Below, piece by piece: positions 1 to 8,030 of a DNA stretch of 64,000 bases. Below the pieces are notes generated by a model that was not told the DNA's origin, made no database searches, and saw only the letters and a program-made list of their open reading frames with translations. The first letter of the stretch is position 1. Each line of letters starts with the position of its first letter. This DNA is from an uncultured Acidobacteriaceae bacterium (lineage in GTDB: Bacteria; Acidobacteriota; Terriglobia; Acidiferrales; UBA7541), in the NCBI GenBank assembly GCA_964524045.1, contig CAZGBQ010000003.1, positions 1,488-65,487 on the forward strand, given 5' to 3'. A program made the translations under genes and the position numbers.

Positions 1-393
1 CGGTGTGGGTGGTATCTTTGCTTCCTGTTGAGCAATCTTCCGCTCTTGTTCGAGGCGTTGAATCGTGGCGCGCAGCCAATCGCCAAATACTTCTTCGAGC
101 TCACGTTGGTCGCCGTAACGATAAAGGGAATCCAGCGTTTCACCTGATTTATCGAACGGGATGTGGCGACAAGGGATTTCTGCCGAACGGAATTCAGGTG
201 GCACTAACTGCATCAACACACAATCGCTGCACGACCCCTGCTCCTGGGAATTGAAATTCATACACGCCGGAGAGTCTTCAAAAATAAGCCGCGCCCTCCA
301 ACGTGCGCTTGGGGACCTTCCGTATCCTCCGTCTTCGAGGAATTTGAGCTCAAATTTCAGAACTTCCAAGAGGTCGCGTTCATCTTTCCGCAT
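1..393 (-). CDS. Cys-rich hypothetical protein, 3'-partial (runs off window; absent from ORF track)
   Basis: Hand translation from ATG 393 (SD GGAGGTG at 405-399): MRKDERDLLEVLKFELKFLEDGGYGRSP...EDSPACMNF...CSDCVLMQLVP...IPCRHIPF...; 131 codons open to position 1. Confidence 0.8.
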   Translation of the reverse strand, partial: MRKDERDLLEVLKFELKFLEDGGYGRSPSARWRARLIFEDSPACMNFNSQEQGSCSDCVLMQLVPPEFRSAEIPCRHIPFDKSGETLDSLYRYGDQRELEEVFGDWLRATIQRLEQERKIAQQEAKIPPTP

Positions 394-716
394 TTTGCAC
401 CTCCGACTCAACCGAAATATGGAGTTACGGAGCCTCCGCCTCAATCACCTGCAATGCGTCGGGCCCGCCGTAGTGGGTGACGATGACTCGCGTGTGTCTC
501 ACGGACTTAAGATGTGCGCTCTGCACGAGGGGCTGCTGTAACCGTCGCCACATGGCAGCGTGACGGCCATCACAGCCAAAGAGCCTCCGAACCAGTAGAA
601 ATCGGTGACGTTCGTCACGCAAGGTCAACGGAACCACAAGCAAATTGGTCAGCACTAAACCTTGATGTTCGAGACTTAGCTCGCGGTTCAGCGGGCGAGA
701 TTTGGAGGGCAAAGAG

Positions 717-2174
717 ATGAAGGGTGGCGTACGTGATACCAGCGTTATCGCGATTGTAACTGGCGTCGTGGTCGTTGTATGTGTAATGCTTGCGTCGGTT
801 CCCAAGACTTCCGCAATTCCCGCATTTTCGAGGAAGTACCAGACCTCGTGCACCACGTGCCACAACAACTATCCAGAATTGAACGACTTTGGGGAAGCAT
901 TCAAGAAGAATGGATTCAAGTTCCCCAAGGATGACGAGAGTTTTGTTAAGGAACCGCCAGTTCTGCTCGGCTCCAAGGCTCAGAAGGAAGCCTTCCCGAG
1001 CGCAGTTTACCCCGGTGAGGTTCCCGGCAACGTGCCCATTGCCTTCCGGTATTCGGGAAATTTCAACTGGAATAAGAAACAGCCTCCCGAAATCATCGCG
1101 CAGAACGGATTCTTCACGCCACGGACAGACTTGTTTGTTCCGAACACTTTTACGATTATCGCCGCAGGGAGTCTTGGACCTAACCTTTCGTTTTGGGTGG
1201 ATGACGACATCTCCACCGGCGGATCGGGCGCGGATGGCGGACTCGGCGACGGCTATTTGAAATACAGTGACCTCGGTCACTCTTTTGGACTGCCGAGGAA
1301 TTCGATCAATGTGCGATTCGGCCAGTTCGAGCTCGACCTGCCCTTTACGCAAGCGCGCGGCATTTATCCTTCAGATTATGACATCTATGATCAGGCGAGC
1401 GTAGCCGGACCCCTTGGCACAACGAACAACCCCTTTACTCTGGGAGCGCCACAACGCGGGATTGAAATTGGCGGATATCCCAACAATGGCAATTTCACGT
1501 GGTCCATCGCGGTAACCAACGGCGCCAATGACTCCACCGCGGTGCGCAATACAAAAGACGTCTACGTCCGCGTTTCCCAGAGATTCAACCTCGAGCGCGA
1601 TCCGGAAAGCCGCAACGCCATCCAGGCTGCCGGACCAACCGGACCCCGCGACCATACCTCGATTCGCGTGGGAGCTTTTTATTACTACGGCAAGAATCAG
1701 TTGAACCTCGATGGCCTGGCATTTCCTGGTTTGGGAATTTTCGAGGAGCCCTTCTACCGTCTTGGAGGCGACTTGCGGTTCAAGTACCGCCACCTGGAGC
1801 TCTACGGCGTGGGTCTCTATGGTCACGACCAAAATCACATGGTGAACGCCACGGATACGGGATTCGTACACGCCACCCCGGTCACGTTCTCAGGCGGATT
1901 TGCAGGCGCCAATTATTGGATTCATCCCTGGATGATCGCCTACATGCGGTATGACTTTGTGAATTCGCCGACGGACTTTCTCAACGGCGTGTCTCAATAC
2001 AACACACGCAACCGTTTCAGCCCAGGCTTTCAGATTCTCCTCCGCGCCAACATCAAGGTCATCGGAGAATACGATCATCAGTGGGGCGTTCCTTTTCAGT
2101 CAGCGGCGACAGGCAACCCCACTCTATTCTTCCATCCGCACACGTTTGTGTCCGGCATCGATTACGTTTTCTAA
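717..2174 (+). CDS. outer-membrane beta-barrel (porin-like) protein with N-terminal monoheme c motif
   Basis: SD GGAGGG at 704; signal peptide, then IPAFSRKYQTSCTTCH; amphipathic strands; C-terminal aromatic GIDYVF. Confidence 0.75.
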   Translation: MKGGVRDTSVIAIVTGVVVVVCVMLASVPKTSAIPAFSRKYQTSCTTCHNNYPELNDFGEAFKKNGFKFPKDDESFVKEPPVLLGSKAQKEAFPSAVYPGEVPGNVPIAFRYSGNFNWNKKQPPEIIAQNGFFTPRTDLFVPNTFTIIAAGSLGPNLSFWVDDDISTGGSGADGGLGDGYLKYSDLGHSFGLPRNSINVRFGQFELDLPFTQARGIYPSDYDIYDQASVAGPLGTTNNPFTLGAPQRGIEIGGYPNNGNFTWSIAVTNGANDSTAVRNTKDVYVRVSQRFNLERDPESRNAIQAAGPTGPRDHTSIRVGAFYYYGKNQLNLDGLAFPGLGIFEEPFYRLGGDLRFKYRHLELYGVGLYGHDQNHMVNATDTGFVHATPVTFSGGFAGANYWIHPWMIAYMRYDFVNSPTDFLNGVSQYNTRNRFSPGFQILLRANIKVIGEYDHQWGVPFQSAATGNPTLFFHPHTFVSGIDYVF

Positions 2175-2232
2175 ACCAAATTTGAATTTCAACGACCGAA
2201 CGCAAGAAAAATTCAAATATGAAAGGTACGTC

Positions 2233-2844
2233 ATGAATCTCATCAAAACCGCAGCGGAGGCAGCATTGCTCGCAGTTCTTGCCTTGGCGTTGGCCAACTC
2301 TGGCAAGGCTAATGAAATCAAGGGCAAGGTCAGCGTGCAGGGCATCAAGTCGGCGGAGAACATCGCCGTGTATGTCGATGCTATTCCTGACAAGAAATTC
2401 GATGCGCCGAAGGAGCACGTCACCGTCGATCAGCGGAAGATGGCGTTCATCCCGCACGTGATCGCTGTGCAGCAGGGAACGACGGTGGAGTTCCTGAACA
2501 GCGATCCCGTGGGTCACAACGTCTACTGGCCTTCGATCAGCGGCAACAAAAAGCTTGCCCACAACCTGGGGACCTGGCCCAAGGGCGAGAAGAAGCCTTT
2601 CCAATTCAATGACGCCGGTGTTGCATCGCTCCTTTGCAACGTACACCCGGAGATGTCCGGCTACGTTGTTGTCAGCCCTACTCCCTATTTTGCAGTTACG
2701 GACAAGGATGGCAACTTTGAAATCAAGAATATTCCCGCCGGAAAGTACACCTTGAAGACCTGGAGCGAAGACGGAAAGCCGACGACGCAAGCGGTGGACG
2801 TCAGCGGAGCCACAGCAACCGTGGAATTGACGGTCAAAAAGTAA
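2233..2844 (+). CDS. secreted cupredoxin-domain protein with carboxypeptidase-regulatory-like domain
   Basis: Signal peptide; HNVY...CNVHPEM type-1 Cu ligand set; TDKDGNFEIKNIPAGKYTL. Confidence 0.8.
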   Translation: MNLIKTAAEAALLAVLALALANSGKANEIKGKVSVQGIKSAENIAVYVDAIPDKKFDAPKEHVTVDQRKMAFIPHVIAVQQGTTVEFLNSDPVGHNVYWPSISGNKKLAHNLGTWPKGEKKPFQFNDAGVASLLCNVHPEMSGYVVVSPTPYFAVTDKDGNFEIKNIPAGKYTLKTWSEDGKPTTQAVDVSGATATVELTVKK

Positions 2845-2874
2845 CCAAGCAAGGGAACTGGTAAGGCGCTTTTC

Positions 2875-4827
2875 GTGAACAGCCGAACCAAACTTGTCGA
2901 CCTGGAGTGGCTGGAGTCCAACTTTCCTTGCATGCAGGCCTGTCCCGTCCACACGCAGGCCGGACGCTATGTCTCCCTCATCGCGCAGGGAAGGTACGAG
3001 GAAGCGTATCGCTACGCGCGGGTCCCCAATCCTTTCGCTTCGATTTGTGGCCGCGTGTGCGGACATCCGTGCGAGCCAGCTTGCCGCCGCGGGCAATTTG
3101 ACCTGCCTATCTCGATTCGCGCGTTGAAGCGTTTTGTCACGGAGCGTTATGGCCCGGAATCACGCAACCCCGTCGACGTTTTTCGTGATCGGCCGCGCAT
3201 CACGCATCGGGAAAAAGTCGCTGTGATCGGATCCGGCCCCGCAGGGATGTCCGCGGCGCACGATTTGGCCCTTCTCGGCTATCCCGTGACTGTGTTCGAG
3301 GCCGCTGCTGTTCCCGGCGGCATGATGCACCTCGGCATCCCCGAATATCGCCTGCCCCGCGATGTTTTGCAGGCGCAGATTCGCGAAATCCTCGACCTTG
3401 GCCCTGAGCTTCGCCTAAATACGCGGCTTGGGCGCGATTTCTTTCTCGAAGACCTCCGCCGCGAGGGCTACAGAGCTGTCTTGATGGCCTTCGGTTTGCA
3501 CCGCAGCCGTGACCTAAATCTACCCGGGAACGATTTGGATGGCGTGGTCAAGGGGATCGACTTTCTTTTGAACGTCAATTTGGGCTATCGCTTCCAGATC
3601 GGCAAGCAAGTCGTGGTCATCGGCGGTGGTAACGTGGCCATCGACGTGGCGCGTTCCGCCATGCGTGAACAGCAGCAAAAATTCATGAAGGACATTGCGG
3701 ACGTGGTCCTTCCTAACGAACTGACGTCCAGCGAAATGGACGTCGCCATGAAAGAATTCATGGACGTTTCGCGGCAGGCGTTGCGTATGGGTGCGCGAGA
3801 AGTGCACCTTGTGTGCCTGGAGTCCCGTGAAGAAATGCCAGCTGCTGAAGAGGAGATTGAAGAAGGCTTGACCGAGGGGATCAAGATACACCCCTCTCTC
3901 GGGCCTAAGCAGTTCGTCGGCAAGAACGGAAAACTGACTGGCCTCGAAGTAATTCGCTGCACTTCGGTTTTTGATGAACAGAGGCGCTTCAACCCGAAGT
4001 TTGCCGAGGGCACGGAGACCATCATCCCTTGCGACACCGTGATTTTGGCCATCGGCCAAGCCTCGGATCTTTCGTTCCTGAAACCCTCGGATGGCATTGA
4101 AACCACACGACAGGGCACACTAAAGATTGATCCATCTTCGTTGATGACCACCGCGCCAGGGATTTTTGCTGCTGGTGATATTGCCTTTGGCCCGCGCCTC
4201 ATCATTAACGCCGTCGCCGACGGCAAAAAAGCAGCCGAGCAAATTGACAAGTTCCTTCGCGGGCCCGATTGGCAGCCCAAGCCGCAATTCGTGCAAATCA
4301 CCGTTCTCGACCATCACAAAATGGCTGAAGAATACGACGAATATTCCCGCCTCGCCGTTCCGACAATTCCGCTCGAGCGCCGCACAGGCTTATCCGAAGT
4401 CGAGACGGGATTCACCGAGGAACAAGCCCGGCACGAAGCTTCGCGCTGCTTGCAATGCTGGATTAATACGATTTTTGAAGGAACTGAAGCCAACGGCAGT
4501 GAATGCATCCTCTGCGGGGGCTGCGTGGATGTCTGTCCGGAGAACTGTCTGCAGCTCGTTCCGCTGCGCCAATTTGAGTTTTCGGAAGAGACGCGTCAAC
4601 AACTCGCTGTTACCTCGGGCGCGCGTGCCAACGAATTGCTCCACCTTTCGCCGGAAGAACTCGCGACGTCCGAAGGTTCGGTGATGGTCAAGGACGAAAC
4701 AGTTTGTATCCGCTGTGGCCTCTGCGCTGAACGCTGCCCCGTGAATACCATCACCATGGAAGCCTTCGAAGTTTTCAATCACGACCCGAATCTAGTTCAA
4801 ATTGAGGAAATGGTTCTCCAAGCATGA
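2875..4827 (+). CDS. FAD-dependent NAD(P)H oxidoreductase (GltD/NfnB/DsrL-like) with C-terminal 2[4Fe-4S] ferredoxin
   Basis: CMQACPVH, CGRVCGHPCEPAC; GSGPAG; GGGNVA; AGD; RCLQC; CILCGGCVDVCP; CIRCGLCAERCP. Confidence 0.9.
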   Translation: MNSRTKLVDLEWLESNFPCMQACPVHTQAGRYVSLIAQGRYEEAYRYARVPNPFASICGRVCGHPCEPACRRGQFDLPISIRALKRFVTERYGPESRNPVDVFRDRPRITHREKVAVIGSGPAGMSAAHDLALLGYPVTVFEAAAVPGGMMHLGIPEYRLPRDVLQAQIREILDLGPELRLNTRLGRDFFLEDLRREGYRAVLMAFGLHRSRDLNLPGNDLDGVVKGIDFLLNVNLGYRFQIGKQVVVIGGGNVAIDVARSAMREQQQKFMKDIADVVLPNELTSSEMDVAMKEFMDVSRQALRMGAREVHLVCLESREEMPAAEEEIEEGLTEGIKIHPSLGPKQFVGKNGKLTGLEVIRCTSVFDEQRRFNPKFAEGTETIIPCDTVILAIGQASDLSFLKPSDGIETTRQGTLKIDPSSLMTTAPGIFAAGDIAFGPRLIINAVADGKKAAEQIDKFLRGPDWQPKPQFVQITVLDHHKMAEEYDEYSRLAVPTIPLERRTGLSEVETGFTEEQARHEASRCLQCWINTIFEGTEANGSECILCGGCVDVCPENCLQLVPLRQFEFSEETRQQLAVTSGARANELLHLSPEELATSEGSVMVKDETVCIRCGLCAERCPVNTITMEAFEVFNHDPNLVQIEEMVLQA

Positions 4828-5333
4828 GCGATGCAAGAACATCTTCGATAGCCGGTCGGCCAGACTCTCTTTCAGCGACAAATGGAGTCACACGCCGCGA
4901 TTTCCTCAATGAAATCACAATGGGCGCTCTCGGAATTGCTGGCCTCGGCTCCGTCGTCGTGACTTATCAATATTTCTCGCCCAATGTTTTGTTCGAACCG
5001 TCCACGACGTTTCGCGCCGGAAACCCCGATCTGTATCCCGTGCATTCCGTCAGCTTCCTTCAGGACCAGCAGGTCTACATCGTGCGCATGCCAGAAGGCT
5101 TCTACGCCGTGTCTGCCGTCTGCACGCACCTGGGCTGCATCACGCAATGGAAACCGGATGCAGACATGATTGCCTGCCCCTGCCATGGAAGCAAGTTCAA
5201 ACCCGATGGCATAAAAATCGAAGGGCCCGCGCCCCGCCCGCTACCCCATTTTGCAATCTCTCTTACGGCTGACGGGGATTTGCTCGTGGATAAGCTACAA
5301 ATCGTCAAGCCAGGGGAAGTTCTGAGAGGCTAA
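4824..5333 (+). CDS. petC: Rieske [2Fe-2S] subunit of a quinol:cytochrome c oxidoreductase
   Basis: Tat motif TRRDFL plus TM helix; CTHLGC; CPCHGSKF; GPAPRPL. Confidence 0.92.
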   Translation: MSDARTSSIAGRPDSLSATNGVTRRDFLNEITMGALGIAGLGSVVVTYQYFSPNVLFEPSTTFRAGNPDLYPVHSVSFLQDQQVYIVRMPEGFYAVSAVCTHLGCITQWKPDADMIACPCHGSKFKPDGIKIEGPAPRPLPHFAISLTADGDLLVDKLQIVKPGEVLRG

Positions 5334-5368
5334 GGCAGCAGCACTTCGGCGCGTGATGGAACCGCACG

Positions 5369-6562
5369 GTGAGGAGAATCGCGATGATCGTGATGCAAAA
5401 CAAGCGCAATCGAGAGTCAATCAAAGTCCTGCTACTTGCGGCCTGCGTCGGTGTAGTGGTCTGTACACCCCTAGCGAGAAGCCAGTCCTTCTTGGCCATT
5501 GGTGTACACGCGCAAAGCAAGGACCATACACCTGTGAAATGGATCTTCGAAAATTCACCGAGCCATCGTGGGGATTCACACGCGCCGATGAATTCGCGAG
5601 CGGCCGAGACGCAAGCCGTAGCGCCGAGCCCAGCATCGAACGCCGTGGACATTGTCCGGGATCCGTCCGACGTCGCCCCTCCGGTGGGAAATCGGGAGCC
5701 ACAGGTCGTGAAAGTTTCTCTGACAGCAACGGAGCTGGAAGGCAACCTCGACAGAGTCCTGGGGACCACCTACGAATATTGGACGTTCAATGGCAAGGTG
5801 CCAGGTCCAATGATTCGCGTAAGACAAGGTGACACCGTGGAGCTTACCCTAAAGAACGAGGGGCGCCTCGTTTCCCACTCGATTGACCTGCACGCTGCTC
5901 TTGGACCTGGGGGCGGAATGGAGCTGACGGAAGCGAAACAAGACGAAAGCAGAACTTTCACATTCAAGGCTGCAGTTCCGGGAGTGTTTGTATACCACTG
6001 CGGAACTAATCTGGCCGCCCAGCATATTGCGAACGGGATGTATGGGCTGATCATCGTCGAACCACCCGGCGGATTGCCGCGCGTGGACCACGAGTTTTAT
6101 GTCATGCAGGGAGAAATCTACACGGTGGAAGATCTCGGCGAGCCAGGGCATCAAAAGATGAGTCTGCCCAAGCTGATGGATGAACGGCCGGAATATTTTG
6201 TGTTTAATGGTGCCGTGGGATCACTCACAGACCAACATCCGATGCGCGCGAAGGTGGGCGAAAGTATTCGGATTTTCTTCGGGGTGGGCGGGCCGAATTT
6301 GACTTCATCTCCGCATGTAATCGGACAGGTCTTGGAGCGAGTTTATAACCAAGGTTCATTTGACTCGCCGCCTCTCACCGACGTGCAGACCACCGTGGTG
6401 CCGCCGGGAGGCGCGACTATTCTGGAGATAAAGCCGCAAGTGCCCGGATCCTATAAATTGGTGGACCACGCCTTAGTCAGAGTGGCCCGGGGCCTACTCG
6501 GCGATATTGAAGTGACCGGACTGGCAAACCGCGATTTGTTCCACGAAGGCGCGTCGCAGTAA
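5369..6562 (+). CDS. nirK: copper-containing nitrite reductase (NO-forming, AniA-like)
   Basis: YWTFNGKVPGPMIRVR; HSIDLH; YHCG..HIANGMYG; SSPHVIG; VDHAL. Type 1 and type 2 Cu ligands and catalytic Asp/His all present; exact start uncertain. Confidence 0.92.
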   Translation: MRRIAMIVMQNKRNRESIKVLLLAACVGVVVCTPLARSQSFLAIGVHAQSKDHTPVKWIFENSPSHRGDSHAPMNSRAAETQAVAPSPASNAVDIVRDPSDVAPPVGNREPQVVKVSLTATELEGNLDRVLGTTYEYWTFNGKVPGPMIRVRQGDTVELTLKNEGRLVSHSIDLHAALGPGGGMELTEAKQDESRTFTFKAAVPGVFVYHCGTNLAAQHIANGMYGLIIVEPPGGLPRVDHEFYVMQGEIYTVEDLGEPGHQKMSLPKLMDERPEYFVFNGAVGSLTDQHPMRAKVGESIRIFFGVGGPNLTSSPHVIGQVLERVYNQGSFDSPPLTDVQTTVVPPGGATILEIKPQVPGSYKLVDHALVRVARGLLGDIEVTGLANRDLFHEGASQ

Positions 6563-6583
6563 TTGCAATTCCTAAAAGAACAA

Positions 6584-7336
6584 ATGGCTATCACACTACA
6601 GTCCGCGTTCCAGCATTTTCGCGAAACGAAGGTCTGGAAATCCGTCTTCCGCCGCGGCCCTGCAAACACAAATCGCACCCGCAGTCTTGCCGTCTTTGGC
6701 AATCTCTTCCTACACTGGATGCCCGTCAAAGTCCGCGAAAAGTCTTTGCGCGTCCGTGCCTCGTACTACCTCGGATCGATTTCGTTCCTCCTTTTCATCG
6801 TTCTTTTCGTTACCGGCATTTTGTTGATGTTTTACTACCACCCCGCTGCGCCGCACGCCTACCGAGACATGAAGGATCTCCAGTTTGTCGTTTCGAACGG
6901 CGTTTTCCTTCGCAATCTTCACCGCCTCGCCGCGCACTTGATGGTTTTCGCCGTTTTCTGGCACATGTTCCACGTTTTCTACCGTGGGGGTTACAAGCCA
7001 CCCCACGAATTCAACTGGGTCGTCGGCGTTGTGCTCCTTCTTCTTACCCTATTTCTTAGCTACACCGGTTATTTGTTGCCTTGGGACCAACTTGCTTTCT
7101 GGGCCGTGACTGTCGGCACCAACATCATTTCCGCGATGCCTTTCATCGGCAACAAGGTGCGCTTTCTCCTACTCGGTGGGAACATCGTTGGAGAAAACGC
7201 TCTCTTGCGTTTTTATGTCCTTCACGTGGTCATTCTTCCGCTGCTCGCATTCCTATTGATTGGTGTTCACTTTTGGCGTGTGCAGAAAGACGGCGGTCTG
7301 ACCGTCAAGCCGAAGGACGAAGATGGAAAAGAATAA
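6584..7336 (+). CDS. petB: cytochrome b6-like N-terminal subunit
   Basis: [16 protein letters not shown]; [14 protein letters not shown]; [16 protein letters not shown] (four heme b His ligands). Confidence 0.92.
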   Translation: MAITLQSAFQHFRETKVWKSVFRRGPANTNRTRSLAVFGNLFLHWMPVKVREKSLRVRASYYLGSISFLLFIVLFVTGILLMFYYHPAAPHAYRDMKDLQFVVSNGVFLRNLHRLAAHLMVFAVFWHMFHVFYRGGYKPPHEFNWVVGVVLLLLTLFLSYTGYLLPWDQLAFWAVTVGTNIISAMPFIGNKVRFLLLGGNIVGENALLRFYVLHVVILPLLAFLLIGVHFWRVQKDGGLTVKPKDEDGKE

Positions 7337-8030
7337 GATCGAGACCGGCTTCAGCTCGGACGCGAAAAAAGATCCGCGACGCGTCGTTTTCGTCACCAAA
7401 AAGACTTCCGCGAAAGTTGTCGGCGAGCGCGGCCCGCAGCTCATGGCTTATCCCCATTTGCTGATTCGCGAAGCCATTGTGTTTCAGGTTCTCGTGATTG
7501 CCATGGTCATTGCAGCGCTCTTTTGGGATGCGCCTCTCGAGCAACTTGCCAACCCGCTGCTCACTCCCAATCCCGCTAAAGCTCCGTGGTATTTTCTTGG
7601 TCTCCAGGAACTGCTGCACTTCTTCCCGCCGTTTGTTGCAGGAATCCTGATTCCCACGCTAGTGGTGATCGCGCTGATCGTCATTCCGTATTTCAACGTC
7701 AACATCGAAGGCCGCGCTCTCTGGGCATACCATCCCGCACAACGTCTCCGGACCATACTGCTCATCGTTCTCGTTCTTCTTGCTTTCCTAGCCTTTTTTC
7801 ACGCCTGGACGATTTTCATTCCCACAGCAATCGTCGCTACGCTTCTCGTTCTCTCCTACACCGGAAGGGAAGAGCAAAGAGCACTGCTTCAGACTTTGGG
7901 AACCAAGCCACTTTCGTGGTGGATCATGACCTGGTTCATTGCTGTTTCCATTTGCCTGACGGCCGTGGGGACTTTTTTCCGTGGCCCCGGCTGGTCATGG
8001 GTCTGGCCTTGGAGGACTCATGTCGGCTGA
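7323..8030 (+). CDS. petD: cytochrome b6 subunit IV-like (cyt b C-terminal half)
   Basis: [29 protein letters not shown] (PEWY-equivalent); several TM helices; overlaps petB stop. Confidence 0.88.
   Translation: MEKNKIETGFSSDAKKDPRRVVFVTKKTSAKVVGERGPQLMAYPHLLIREAIVFQVLVIAMVIAALFWDAPLEQLANPLLTPNPAKAPWYFLGLQELLHFFPPFVAGILIPTLVVIALIVIPYFNVNIEGRALWAYHPAQRLRTILLIVLVLLAFLAFFHAWTIFIPTAIVATLLVLSYTGREEQRALLQTLGTKPLSWWIMTWFIAVSICLTAVGTFFRGPGWSWVWPWRTHVG

Noticed and set aside
394-716. FNR/DNR box upstream of the nirK operon
   Set aside because: Only a half site (TTGAT at 662) with no ATCAA partner
2875-4827. Calling the flavoprotein dsrL or gltD
   Set aside because: No dsrAB or gltB in the window; architecture alone is not diagnostic
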